A stretch of DNA of 64,000 nt from Myxococcota bacterium (GTDB lineage Bacteria; Myxococcota_A; UBA9042; PHBI01; JAWLBL01): contig JAWLBL010000011.1 of the NCBI GenBank assembly GCA_041687695.1, positions 32,001 through 96,000 of the forward strand. The letters run 5' to 3'. The position numbers were made by a program, and so were the translations under genes. The notes beneath the pieces were generated by a model. It was not told the origin of the DNA, ran no database searches, and saw nothing but the letters and a program-made list of their open reading frames with translations. Positions 37,460 through 48,000 of the stretch are shown here, piece by piece; position 1 is the stretch's first letter, and each line of letters begins with the position of its first letter.

Positions 37460-38383
37460 CTAGGGCGTCGTCGTCGCGATGGGGCGCGCCTTGGCGGGGG
37501 GCGCGTCGGCCTTGCGCGGCTTGGCGGCCGGCCGAGCCAGCAGCGCGGTCACGTGCTGGCGCATCTCTTCGAAGGGGACGGCGCCGATCGTGACCGACCG
37601 GGCGACGCCCTCACGGTCGACGTAGACGATGGTCGGCAGGGAGCGCAAGCCCAGTCGGTCGCGCATGATGAACGACGGGTCGAGCACGATGTCGGAGTCG
37701 TCGAAGTCCTTGCGGACGTCGAGGAAGGCGTCGACGTCCTCGCGCTCCTCGGCGGTGACGCTGAGGATGGTCAGCCCGTCGGCGCGGTGGCGGCGCTTGA
37801 GCTCGGTCAGCCAGGGGACGATCTTCTTGCAGGGCCCGCAGTAGGTGGCCCAGTACTCGAGCAGGACGGGCTTGCCGCGCAGGCTGCCCAGGGTGACCTT
37901 CTCGCCGGTCTCGAGGTCGACGAAGGTCAGGTCGGCCGGCAGCGGCTGGTCGATGAGCCGGTCCTTGGTGATCTGGTTGATGTCGGGGCGGGCGCCGAGG
38001 GTGACCGTGACGTCCTGGCGCGCCCGCTGACGCCACAGGGTCAGCTTCACCACGGCGCCGCGGGTGCGCGTCTCGAGCTGCGCGATGAGCTCCTTGGGCG
38101 TCGTGACCGGGACGTCGTCGATGGCGAGGATGATCTCGCCCAGCTCGAGGCCCGCGATCGCGGCCCCGCTGCCCGGGTAGACGTCGTTGACCTCGACGTG
38201 GGCGGCGCCTTCGGGGAGGCCGACCGCGGTCGGCGCGGCCAGATCCCGGACGCCGACACCCAGCCAGCCGCGCTCGGGCGCGGGCGGTGACTGGGCCGCG
38301 GCGCTGGCCGTCAGGCCTAGCGCGACCATGACCGCGAGGGGAACGAGGACCGAGGACTTGATCAGCAAAGAACGAAAGGGCAT
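37460..38383 (-). CDS. Exported PDZ + TlpA/thioredoxin-like protein
   Basis: Signal peptide; RGWLGV...VYPGSGAAIAGL (PDZ); LRGKPVLLEYWATYCGPCKK (CxxC); LPTIVYVDREG. Confidence 0.88.
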   Translation of the reverse strand: MPFRSLLIKSSVLVPLAVMVALGLTASAAAQSPPAPERGWLGVGVRDLAAPTAVGLPEGAAHVEVNDVYPGSGAAIAGLELGEIILAIDDVPVTTPKELIAQLETRTRGAVVKLTLWRQRARQDVTVTLGARPDINQITKDRLIDQPLPADLTFVDLETGEKVTLGSLRGKPVLLEYWATYCGPCKKIVPWLTELKRRHRADGLTILSVTAEEREDVDAFLDVRKDFDDSDIVLDPSFIMRDRLGLRSLPTIVYVDREGVARSVTIGAVPFEEMRQHVTALLARPAAKPRKADAPPAKARPIATTTP

Positions 38384-38512
38384 GGGGTCTCCATCGCGGT
38401 CGCTCCGCGGGCTCGAGCGGGCATCGTAGGGGGCGACTTGAATAGGACAAGGTTGGGACCAGTCGGACGGCCACCCCGAACCCCGGAGAATCCTTTGATC
38501 CCCAAGCTCGCG

Positions 38513-39439
38513 ATGCCGCTTCTGACCGTGGCGCTCACCGTCGTCCTCACCGCCGGCGCCTCCGCGCGCGCCGCTGGTCACGATGATCTGATCTCGGCCG
38601 TCCCGGCGCAAGCCGCGCTCGTCGTCGCGGTCGATCACGCCAAGCTCTCGGCGCACCCCCACTACGGCGACATCGTCAAGCTGCTCGAGGACCAGGGCTG
38701 GGCGGCGGGGCTCTCGGCCGACCCGACGTCCCCGCTGGCGCCCGGCAAGGCCGTGCTGCGGACGGTCACCTTCCGCATGGCCAACGACGCCGAGGGGGCC
38801 ATCCTCGCCGGCAAGTTCGAGCTGGCGGCCGTCGAGGCCCACTACAAGGGGGCGCTCGGGGCGGGCTTCGAGACGGGCGAGGTCGAGGGGCGGCGCTGGT
38901 TCTCCATCGGCAAGGGCATGCGCGCCGTCGACGTCGGGGGCGGGCGGCTGGCGCTGGTCGACAAGAGCGTGGCCACCAAGGTGGCCGAGCTGGCCGCCGG
39001 CAAGGGCAAGGCGATGTCGACCCGTGGCGACTACAAGACGCTGGCCAAGCAGGCCTCCAAGGGCGCGCCCCCGGTCTGGGGCGTGGTCTTCGTGCCCTCG
39101 CGGACCAAGAAGCAGCTCGAGGCCAAGGGCTCTGACGACATCGCGCAGGCCGACAAGCTGACCTTCCAGGTGGTGGGCTCCGGCGACATGACCGTCGGGC
39201 TGGTCGCGCACACCAAGGACGAGGCGGCGGCCCAGAAGCTGGCCGACGGCGTCAACGGCAAGATCGAGCGAAAGATCCTGGGCTCCAACGCGCTGCGGCT
39301 GCTGGGCGTCACCGCGCTCGCCGAGCAGGCGAAGATGATCGTCAAGGGCAAGACGGCCGTGGGCTCGGTCAAGCTGACGACCGCGCAGGTGGGCCTGCTG
39401 TCCCGCGTGCTGGGCAAGGTCCTGGTGGCCCTGAAGTAG
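38513..39439 (+). CDS. Hypothetical exported protein
   Basis: Signal peptide (LLTVALTVVLTAGASARA), strong coding bias; start could be TTG 38495. Confidence 0.65.
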   Translation: MPLLTVALTVVLTAGASARAAGHDDLISAVPAQAALVVAVDHAKLSAHPHYGDIVKLLEDQGWAAGLSADPTSPLAPGKAVLRTVTFRMANDAEGAILAGKFELAAVEAHYKGALGAGFETGEVEGRRWFSIGKGMRAVDVGGGRLALVDKSVATKVAELAAGKGKAMSTRGDYKTLAKQASKGAPPVWGVVFVPSRTKKQLEAKGSDDIAQADKLTFQVVGSGDMTVGLVAHTKDEAAAQKLADGVNGKIERKILGSNALRLLGVTALAEQAKMIVKGKTAVGSVKLTTAQVGLLSRVLGKVLVALK

Positions 39440-39500
39440 TCGGTCGGGACCGTTCAGCCAGCCTCTTTACGGTGCCCGACGCCGGCGCTAGCGTGCGCTC

Positions 39501-40673
39501 ATGTTGAGCCCCGAGCAGCACGTCGCGTCCTGGTGCGAGGTCTCGCACAGCGCCCTCCGGCACAACGTCAGGCTGTTCCGGCAGCGGGTCGGGGCCGACG
39601 GGCGGCTGGGGGTCGTGGTCAAGGCCGACGCCTACGGGCACGGGCTCGTCGCCTGCGCCCGCGCCTTCGTCGAGGCCGGCGCCGACTGGTTGATCGTGAA
39701 CTTCGTGCACGAGGCCGTCGCGCTCCGGCAGGCGGGGGTGGACGCGCCGGTGTACGTCTGCGGCAACGTCTCGGCCGCGCAGGCGCCGGCGGCGGCCCAG
39801 GCCGACGCGCGCGTGGTCTGCTACGACGCCGAGACCGTGCGCGCGCTGGCGGACGCCGGCCGGGCCCGCGGGCGGCCGGTGCCCATCCACCTCAAGATCG
39901 AGACGGGCAACCACCGCCAGGGCCTGCCCATCGGCGAGGCCGTGCAGCTCGGGCAGCTGGCCGCCGGCCTCGACGGCGTCGTGCTCGAGGGGCTGACGAC
40001 GCACTACGCGGACATCGAGGACACGACCGACCACCAGTTCGCGCACGGGCAGCTGCGGACCTTCCTCGAGGCGCGGCAGGCCTTCGAGGCGGCCGGCCTG
40101 CGCGTGCCGATGGTGCACTCGGCCAACTCGGCGGCGACCATCCTGTGGCCCGAGACCCACGGGACCCTGGTCCGGGTCGGCATCGCCGGCTACGGGCTGT
40201 GGCCGTCGGCCGAGACCTACGCCACCGCGCTGACGCTGCACGCCGCGGGCGAGCGCGGCTTCATCCCCGATCTCGAGCCGGCCCTGTCGTGGCGCGCGCG
40301 CATCGCGCAGGTCAAGGGCGTTCCGGTCGGCGGCTACGTCGGCTACGGGCGCACCTTCCGCGCCACCTACCCCATGCGCATCGCCATCGTGCCGGTCGGC
40401 TACCACGAGGGCTACGACCGGCGCCTGTCGAACCTGGCGCACGTCATCGTCGACGGCGTGAGGGCGCCGGTGCGCGGCCGCGTGTGCATGAACATGATGA
40501 TGGTGGACGTCACCCACATCCCGACGGCGCGCGTCGGGTCGGTGGCGACCCTGCTCGGGCGCGACGGGGACGAGCACGTCTCGGCGGACCGGCTGGCGGG
40601 CTGGATGGGCACGATCAACTACGAGGTCGTCTCGCGGATCCACCCCGGTCAGCCGCGGCTCCTCGCCCCCTGA
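39501..40673 (+). CDS. alr: Alanine racemase
   Basis: VVKADAYGHG (PLP Lys), HLKIETGNHRQG, HSANSAA, VGYGRTF, GYHEGY, GRVCMN, GTINYEV. Confidence 0.96.
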   Translation: MLSPEQHVASWCEVSHSALRHNVRLFRQRVGADGRLGVVVKADAYGHGLVACARAFVEAGADWLIVNFVHEAVALRQAGVDAPVYVCGNVSAAQAPAAAQADARVVCYDAETVRALADAGRARGRPVPIHLKIETGNHRQGLPIGEAVQLGQLAAGLDGVVLEGLTTHYADIEDTTDHQFAHGQLRTFLEARQAFEAAGLRVPMVHSANSAATILWPETHGTLVRVGIAGYGLWPSAETYATALTLHAAGERGFIPDLEPALSWRARIAQVKGVPVGGYVGYGRTFRATYPMRIAIVPVGYHEGYDRRLSNLAHVIVDGVRAPVRGRVCMNMMMVDVTHIPTARVGSVATLLGRDGDEHVSADRLAGWMGTINYEVVSRIHPGQPRLLAP

Positions 40674-40737
40674 CGGACCTCGTCTGGACCGCGCGTTTGG
40701 CCGCTCGGAGGGCCTTTCGGGGCCCCGGACAAACGTG

Positions 40738-40766
40738 TTGACGGTGGGGGGGCCGCGTGCTAGTCA
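40738..40766 (+). promoter_or_regulatory. sigma70 promoter of the atp F0 operon
   Basis: TTGACG-17 bp-TAGTCA with an extended TG, ~65 bp upstream of the first atp gene. Confidence 0.6.
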
Positions 40767-40831
40767 CGCGCCGCCCAAGGCGGCCGCCGAGGGCGTCCCG
40801 AATCGTCTCCCAAGCCCCTGATTTGCAACGC

Positions 40832-41110
40832 GTGAAGCCCCTCAAGCTCAAGTTCGACGCCGCCTCGGTCGGCCTGGAGATGGCCATCGCCATCGTGCTG
40901 GGCTGGCTCGTGGGCTCGTGGGTGGACGGCGAGCTCGGGTCCGCGCCGTGGGGCATGGTGTTCTTCCTCCTGTGCGGCGTCGCGGCGGGCTTCAAGGGGC
41001 TCATCCGCGTGCACCGGCAGGTCCAGGCCGACGCCCGCCGCCGCGAGCGCGCCCAGATGCGAGACGACCGTTCGGACGCGCGGTGGTCGGAAGCGCGGTG
41101 GCCGTCGTGA
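40832..41110 (+). CDS. atpZ: AtpZ/AtpQ family ATP synthase accessory protein
   Basis: SVGLEMAIAIVLGWLVGSWVD...PWGMVFFLLCGVAAGFKGL; first gene of the atp operon. Confidence 0.85.
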   Translation: MKPLKLKFDAASVGLEMAIAIVLGWLVGSWVDGELGSAPWGMVFFLLCGVAAGFKGLIRVHRQVQADARRRERAQMRDDRSDARWSEARWPS

Positions 41111-41529
41111 CCGCCGCCAGCCCGAACACCGGGGCGCTGGTCACGCGCCTATTGCGCACGGCCGAGAAGCTCAACGTGGGCCTCGCCCTCATGGCCGTGG
41201 TCGCCGTCCACCTGGGCGCCGGCTTCGGCGCGATGTGGCTCGGCACCCTGCTGGGTGCCCTGGTCAACATCGCCAACTTCCGCGTCATCGTCTGGGTCGG
41301 CACGGGCCTCGTCCGCGCCGGGCAGAAGCGCCTCGGCTTCTACGGCGCCGTCTTCTTCGTGAAGATGGCCGCCCTGATGGCCATCGTCTGGCTCATCCTG
41401 AGCCGCCTCGACGTGACCCCCCTCGGCTTCATCATCGGGCTGGCGACCTTCCTGCCGGCCGTCCTGCTCACCACCCTGGGCGTCGCGCTCAAGCCGGCCG
41501 CCGCCCGCAGCACCAGCGGGAGCCTATGA
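41107..41529 (+). CDS. atpI: ATP synthase protein I
   Basis: Four TM segments, GALVNIANF, FFVKMAAL, GFIIG; lies between atpZ and atpB with overlapping start/stop. Confidence 0.8.
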   Translation: MTAASPNTGALVTRLLRTAEKLNVGLALMAVVAVHLGAGFGAMWLGTLLGALVNIANFRVIVWVGTGLVRAGQKRLGFYGAVFFVKMAALMAIVWLILSRLDVTPLGFIIGLATFLPAVLLTTLGVALKPAAARSTSGSL

Positions 41530-42548
41530 GAACCGCCCTCACCGCCGCGACCCTGCTCGCGATGGTCGGTCTGGCCGCCTTCGGCGCGCCCGAGGCGCTC
41601 GCCCAGCCGGGCGGGGACGTCCCCGAGCGCGTCGAGCGAGGCGTCGAGTCGACCGAGCAGCATCTGCAGTACGAGACCGGCGACCCGGTCGCGACCGAGG
41701 CGCCCGCCGAAGGCGAGCACTGGTCGATCTTCCTGTCGATCCTGCCGCCGGCCGCCTTCGAGAACCTCTCCCACATGATGGGGCCGAGCTGGCTCGAGAA
41801 GAACCCGCACGTCCACGTCAGCCACATCTTCATGGCGCTCGTGGTCTTCGTCCTCATGCTGCTGCTCGCCCTCGCGGCCAGCAAGCGCCTGCAGCGCGAG
41901 GAGGACTACCTCGTCCCCGCCAAGAAGTGGGGCGCCTTCGCCTTCTTCGACGTGGCCGTCGGGGTCCTGCTCGGGATGATGGAGCGCATGATGCCGCGCG
42001 ACAAGGCGCTCGCGGCGCTCCCGCTGGTGACGGCCTTCGCCATCTTCATCCTGTTCTCGAACCTGCTGGGCCTCGTCCCCGGGTTCCTGCCGCCGACCGA
42101 CTCGCTCAACACCACGCTGGCCCTCGGCCTGACCGCCTTCGTCGCCTACAACTACTGGGGCATCAAGACCCACGGGTTCGGCGCCTACTTCAAGCACTTC
42201 CTCGGGCCGATGCCGGCCCTCGCTCCGCTGATGCTGCCCATCGAGCTCATCAGCCACTTCGCCCGGCCGCTCAGCCTCGCGCTGCGCCTGATGGGCAACA
42301 TGTTCGGCGACCACATGGTGCTGGGCATCTTCCTCGGGTTCAACCTGCTCTTCGTCCCCCTGCCGGTGATGGTCCTGGGTGTGCTGGTCTGCGTCGTCCA
42401 GACGCTCGTCTTCACGCTGCTGACCATCGTCTACATCTCCATGGCCGTAGAGGTGCACGAGCACCACGACCACGAGGACCACGCACTTCACCATAAGGAG
42501 CTGCATACCCCGGGTGACGTCCACCCGCCGGTGCAGCACACCGCCTGA
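41526..42548 (+). CDS. atpB: ATP synthase F0 subunit a
   Basis: FILFSNLLGLVPG, PPTDSLNTT, PIELISHFARPLSLALRLMGNM, VQTLVFTLLTIVYI. Confidence 0.96.
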   Translation: MRTALTAATLLAMVGLAAFGAPEALAQPGGDVPERVERGVESTEQHLQYETGDPVATEAPAEGEHWSIFLSILPPAAFENLSHMMGPSWLEKNPHVHVSHIFMALVVFVLMLLLALAASKRLQREEDYLVPAKKWGAFAFFDVAVGVLLGMMERMMPRDKALAALPLVTAFAIFILFSNLLGLVPGFLPPTDSLNTTLALGLTAFVAYNYWGIKTHGFGAYFKHFLGPMPALAPLMLPIELISHFARPLSLALRLMGNMFGDHMVLGIFLGFNLLFVPLPVMVLGVLVCVVQTLVFTLLTIVYISMAVEVHEHHDHEDHALHHKELHTPGDVHPPVQHTA

Positions 42549-42629
42549 GCTGTGTCTTTCTGCGGCCGTCGCCGCGCTGAGTTGTCCCACGACCGGGTCC
42601 CGGACCCATCTTCCAAGGAGTGAGTTGAG

Positions 42630-42962
42630 ATGAAGAAGGTGTTTGCCACCGCGTTCCTGACGGTGTTGACCCTCTGCCTCATGGCCCCGATGGCGTTCGC
42701 GCAGGACGTGGCCGGTGCGGCGGACAACGAGTTCACGATGAAGGGCTGGATCGCCATCGCGGCGGGCCTCGGCCTCGCCATCGCGGCGTTCGGCGGCGCG
42801 CTCGCTCAGGGCCGCGCGGCCGCGGCCGCCCTCGAGGGCATCGCCCGTAACCCGGGCGCCGCCGACAAGCTCTTCACCCCGATGATCCTCGGCCTCGCCC
42901 TCATCGAGTCGCTGGTCATCTACTCGCTGGTCATCGCGTTCGTCCTCTCCGGCAAGATCTGA
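42630..42962 (+). CDS. atpE: ATP synthase F0 subunit c
   Basis: [27 protein letters not shown]. Confidence 0.97.
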   Translation: MKKVFATAFLTVLTLCLMAPMAFAQDVAGAADNEFTMKGWIAIAAGLGLAIAAFGGALAQGRAAAAALEGIARNPGAADKLFTPMILGLALIESLVIYSLVIAFVLSGKI

Positions 42963-43107
42963 TCTCGCCCGAGCGGAACACGAAAAAGGGCGGCCTCCCT
43001 CGGGAGCGCCGCCCTTCTCGTTTCGAAGCGTGGCCCATGATCTCGCCCGAGCGGAACACGAAAAAGGGCGGCCTCCCTCGGGAGCGCCGCCCTCTTCGTT
43101 TCGAAGC
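42960..43107. terminator. Tandemly duplicated (78-bp period) bidirectional terminator-like hairpin
   Basis: Two near-identical copies of tgatctcgcccgagcggaacacgaaaaagggcggcctccctcgggagcgccgccct...cgtttcgaagc between convergent genes. Confidence 0.8.
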
Positions 43108-43149
43108 CCCGCACCGAGCCCGCCGAAGCGGGCCCGTGGGCGTCCGAGG

Positions 43150-44871
43150 TCAGCGCCGGACCAGCAGCAGCTCGGCGACGTAGTTCGGGTCCAGGTCGTG
43201 GGCGGCCACGCGGCCGAAGGCGCTGACGAGGTCCGCCATGGCGGCCTCCATCCAGGCGACCAGCGCCGGGTCCAGGTCCCCGGCCAGGCGGTCCAGCGCG
43301 CCGCGGACCAGCGGCGTCAACGTGCCGTCCTCGGCGAAGGCCAGCTTCACGAAGGCGGCGACGTCCTCGCGCGACAGCGGGGCGAAGCTGAACGCCTCGG
43401 TCAGCAGCGCCTGCGCGATGCCCGTCCGCAGCAGCGTCTCGAGGCGCACCTGCCGGCGCTCGTCGGTGGTCAGCTCGCCCAGCGCGGCGCCCATGAGCGC
43501 CTCGGGCGAAAAGCCCAGGCGAGTCTCGAAGAAGGTCAGGACGGCGTCGGCCTCGTGGATGACGGCCTCGACGTGTGAGACGTCGGCCAGCGTGGCGAAC
43601 GGCCGCCACCCGACGCGGGCCCGCTCGTCGAGGCCCTCGAAGAAGACGGGGCGGGGCAGGGCGGCGCCCTCGAGCGTCTCCTCGGTCGGCGTGCCGAAGA
43701 CGTGCAGATCCAGCGAGGCGCCGGCGCGGCGGCGCAGCTTGCGCGCCTTCAGGCCGAGCTCGGCGGTCAGGCCGTAGCCCAGACGGAAGAGCTGCTCCGG
43801 CCACGTGAAGCGCACCAGGTCGCTCGCCTGGTCGACGTCCTCGCGCGCCGCGTAGGCCAGCCCCAGGTTCACCAGCGCGGCCGCCTCGCCGGCTGCGACC
43901 GGCAGGTCGTCGGTCTGGCCCAGGTCGCCCGAGCGGGCCATGAAGACCTTGTTCACGAGATACGTGAAGCCCTGCGCGAACTGGGCGCGCTCGTCGCTCG
44001 ACAGCTGGCGCAAGGCGGCGCCCAGCAGATCCGGCGGGCGCACGCCCGACAGCGCCAGGTCCTGGGCGACGGCGCCCTGGGTCGGCGGCGGGACGATCTG
44101 GCGCTCGGCCACCATCTGAAGCAGGGCCTCGCGCGTGCCCCGGGGCTCGACGCGCTCGTACAGCTCGGCGGCCTCGTCGGGGCTGGGGAAGCCCATGTCC
44201 TCGAGGCGCCCGCCGCGGAAGCGGATGAGCGTCTCCTCGAGCTGCGAGGCCAGCTCGAAGCGGCTCGCCTGGAAGATGTCGCGCATCCGGTCCATGTCGG
44301 CGGCCCACAAGAGCTTCATGAGGCCGGGCAGCCGCTCGGCCAGCTCGTGCTCGTGCGGGACGGTCACCCAGAAGGTGCCGTCGGGGGTCTGGAACAGCGC
44401 CAGCTCGTCGGGGACCGTGTCCGGGTCGAGGTCGGCGGCGTGGACCTGGATGTCCTTGCAGAACAGCAGCTCGATGAGCTCGGGCTCGGTCGACTGCACG
44501 TACTTGATGGCCGTGTCGAGGTCGACGGCCTGGGCCAGGTCCAACCACTTGATCCAGCGATCGAGCTGGACCTCGTTGCGGGTCCACAGCGCCAGATCGT
44601 GGATGCCCTGGATCTGCTCGGGCGTCGCGTACTCGAGCAGCGGATAGGCGTCGTGCTCGCCGATGTCGCGCATCAGCAGGAAGAGCTCCTCGGTGGCGAG
44701 GGACTCCACGTAGCCCGCCGGGTCCGGCAGGCCGAGGACCCAGTCGAGCCGCTTCATGCCGTTCGCGCGCCACAGCGCCGGCGGCAACGTGCTGCGGCCG
44801 GTCAGGGACGCGAGGTCGTGGAGCGGCGTCGGGGGCGTACGCGGGACGAGGCGGAGGTCTGGGTTCGACAT
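43150..44871 (-). CDS. DUF6178-like conserved protein
   Basis: YVESLATEELFLLMRDIGEHDAYPLLEYATPEQIQGIHDLALW, RGGRLEDMGFPSPDEAAELY, LFRLGY resemble the deltaproteobacterial DUF6178 family. Confidence 0.7.
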   Translation of the reverse strand: MSNPDLRLVPRTPPTPLHDLASLTGRSTLPPALWRANGMKRLDWVLGLPDPAGYVESLATEELFLLMRDIGEHDAYPLLEYATPEQIQGIHDLALWTRNEVQLDRWIKWLDLAQAVDLDTAIKYVQSTEPELIELLFCKDIQVHAADLDPDTVPDELALFQTPDGTFWVTVPHEHELAERLPGLMKLLWAADMDRMRDIFQASRFELASQLEETLIRFRGGRLEDMGFPSPDEAAELYERVEPRGTREALLQMVAERQIVPPPTQGAVAQDLALSGVRPPDLLGAALRQLSSDERAQFAQGFTYLVNKVFMARSGDLGQTDDLPVAAGEAAALVNLGLAYAAREDVDQASDLVRFTWPEQLFRLGYGLTAELGLKARKLRRRAGASLDLHVFGTPTEETLEGAALPRPVFFEGLDERARVGWRPFATLADVSHVEAVIHEADAVLTFFETRLGFSPEALMGAALGELTTDERRQVRLETLLRTGIAQALLTEAFSFAPLSREDVAAFVKLAFAEDGTLTPLVRGALDRLAGDLDPALVAWMEAAMADLVSAFGRVAAHDLDPNYVAELLLVRR

Positions 44872-45085
44872 GGGCGGCAGCATAGACACGCGCGGGACAG
44901 GGGCAAGCGCCACGAGCGGGCCGCCCTGCACGATCCGAGCGTTCTCGGTACTTGCGGTCACCCCGCCCAGGGCCTAAAACCTGCCGGTTCAAGCGCCCGC
45001 GGGTCTGGCGGGCGCGGGACCCGACCGGCGCGCGCCCCGGCACCCAGCCAGGAATCCCGAACGTCCGCGCGCGCTTGAGAGCGCC

Positions 45086-48000
45086 ATGACCGCACCTGAC
45101 ACCCAGCCTCCCCGGTCCCCCTGGTCGCAGCGTCTGGGCGAGCTCGCCCACCGCTGGGGGGCGCCCGCGACGCTCGCCCTCGGCGCGGCCCTGCTCCTGT
45201 TCAAGCTCGGGGCCACGGGCCTGTGGGAGCCGTGGGAGATGGACCGGGCCGACCTCGCCCGCACCCTGGTCGAGCGGCCCCAGGTCGCCGCGGCCGTCGC
45301 GCCGGGCGAGGGTGAGACCGATCTCGCCAAGCGCCTCGGCGCCGCGGCCGAGCAGGCCGACGTCACCCTGCGCCTGGCCGACCCGCCGGCCGCGGGCGCG
45401 CGCGGGGTGGCCGCCGGCGGCCGCACGGTCAACGAGGCGCTCGAGCTGGCCCGCACCGAGGTGGTCGCCGCGGTCGTGCTCGATCTGGCGCTGGTCGCCC
45501 CCGAGCCCTGGAACGACGCGACCTGGACGCGCCTCGCCGGCCACGTCGATCAGGCCCTGAGCCACCTCGGCCGCGCCCCCGTCCTGCTGGTCGCCCCGGC
45601 CGGCATGGACACCGCCGCCCTCGGCCAGCAGCTGAACCAGGCCCGCGCCAAGCTGGCGCAGCAGCGCGCCTTCAAGGCGCTGGGCCAGACCCCGCCGCCG
45701 AACGCGCCCGAGCCCTCGGACGCCTGGGCCCAGTCCCTGGGTGACGGCGAGCGCCTGCAGCTGATGACCAACCCCAGCGACGCCGAGCTGGCCGCCGCCC
45801 TGTCGGCCGCCGCCGCCCTCGACGGCTGGACGGTCCGCTTCAAGGCCGACGGCGTCACCCACACGGTCGCCCCGCTCGAGACCTGGGCCACCGCCGTCAT
45901 CTACCAGCTCTTCGGCGCCTCCGAGGCGACGACCCGCCTCGCCGGCGTCCTGTTCGCGCTGCTCGCCCTGTTCGTCCTGATGCGCGTCGGCCGCGACGCC
46001 TTCGGCCCCGGCGTCGGCGTCCTGTCCGGCCTGGTCCTGCTGACGACGCCCCTGTTCTACGCCCAGGCCCGCTCGGCCGCCGGCGAGGCCGGCGCCATCC
46101 TCGGCCTCACCCTCTTCGCAGCCGGCCTCCTCTACCAGGCCCGCGGCGCCTCGCCCCGCACCGTCTGGACGCACCTCGCGACGGGCCTCGTCGTCGGCTT
46201 CCTCTCCAAGGGCCTGTTCGCCCTGATGATCTACGCCCTGATGGCCGGCGGCGCCGCCCTCGTCGTCGGCACCCGCGACCGCCGCGAGTGGCTCCCGGCC
46301 GTGGCCGCCGTCGGCTCGCTGGCGCTGGCCTCGCTGTGGGTCCTGTCCAGCGACCCCTACGGCTTCGCCGGCCAGTTCCGCTTCACCCACGAGCTGTTCA
46401 GCCAGGGCCCCAGCGAGTACCTGCGCAACTTCGACTACGTCATCCACCAGATCGGCTTCGGCGCCTTCCCCTGGTCGCCGCTGTACATCATCGCCATGGC
46501 GGGCCTGCTGTGGCAGGCCGCCGACGAGCAGGACAAGAAGTCCCTGCTGGTCATCCTGTGGTTCGGCATCCCCGTCGTGGCCACCATGGCCATGCTCAAG
46601 AGCTTCAACCACCTCGTCTGGCCGGCCGCCCCCGCGGGCGCCCTGGCCGTGGGCCTCGTGCTCAAGCAGATCGCCACCCGCGGCCTGCGCAGCAACCTCG
46701 TGGCGCTGCTCTTCCTCATCATGTTCTACATCCTGTTCCGCGAGCTGCGGGACAGCCCGCGGCCCCTGTCGGCCTTCCTGGCCTTCGACCCGCCGTTCAC
46801 CACCGACGCGGGCGGCCTGCGCTTCCCCGAGAGCGTCAAGGTCAGCTCGCTGTTCGCCTACGCGCTGCTGGCCGCCGCCCTCATCGCGGCCACCCACTTC
46901 GGCGGCGTCTTCGCCTTCATCCGAAAGGCCGCCTCGCTCTTCGCGCGCCCGCTCCCCTTCGCCATCGCCCTCGGCGCCTCGCTGTCGCTGATGACCCTGG
47001 TGTGGTTCATCCGCGTGCTGGCCAAGTTCCACGAGGGCATGCGCCTGCCGACCGCGGGCGAGCTCGACCCGGTCCAGCGCGGCTTCGCCTCGAGCTTCCT
47101 CGCCTCGGCCGATCCCGTCGTGCTGGTGTCCTGGCTCACCATCGCCGGCGTCCTGGGCGTCATCGTCGTCCGCCGCATCTTCGGCCGGCCGCTGGCCCGC
47201 CCCATCGCGGCCGTCGAGCGCCTCGCCGCCAGGCTGCCCATGCCCGGCGACGCCCGGCTGCTCATGGCCGGCGGCGGCGCCTGGTTCGCGCTCGGCCTCG
47301 CCACGCTCTTCAGCGTCTCGTGGCCCGAAGGCTACTGGGGCGAGGTCTTCGGCGACCCCTCGCTGCTGCTCGTCGCCCTCGCGACCGCCGGCGCCGCCTA
47401 CGCCGTCTGGCGCTCGGGCGTCGGCGTCGTCCCGGTCGTGGCGACCGCGCTCGGCGCCGTGGGCCTGTGGCTGGGCACCCGCCTCGGCCGCGACGCCGAT
47501 CTCCGCAACTGGTACACCGTCGGCCTCACCCTCGCCGGCGCGCTGGCCTACGCCATGGCCCTGCTGCCCCGCTTGTGGCGCAGCGGCTACAACCTGGCTC
47601 TGCTCGGCGGCGCCCTGGTCGCGGTCGCGCTCGTGGGGCTGACCTTCCCGCTGCTCGACCGCTGGGAGCAGCTGCGCTTCGTCCTGTACCCCGAGGCGAG
47701 CGAGAGCTTCACGCGCTATCTGCTGGTCGGCTCCCGCGCCAGCTTCGCCCTGTACGTCGGCATTCTCGCCCTGGTCTTCAACCGGTTCCTGCCCTCGCTG
47801 GTCTCCACGCTCGTCGACGCGCTGTCGCACGTCGGCCGCGGCCGCGTCGTCGTCGCCGGCCTGACCTTCGCCGGCGTCCTGTTCACGGTCGGCACCGTCA
47901 CGGGCCTGTACGCGGATCTGGCCTACAACGTCAGCCAGAAGCACATCATGGACACCTACCGCGAGGCCGAGGGCCTCGGGCCGCGCGAGCTGGGCGACCG

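Noticed and set aside
42630..42962. Na+-translocating ATP synthase (Q...ES..Y in subunit c)
   Set aside because: The motif is ESLVIY, lacking the Thr of the ES(T) Na+ signature and the upstream Pro. ESL-type c subunits include H+-coupled enzymes, so Na+ coupling is unsupported.
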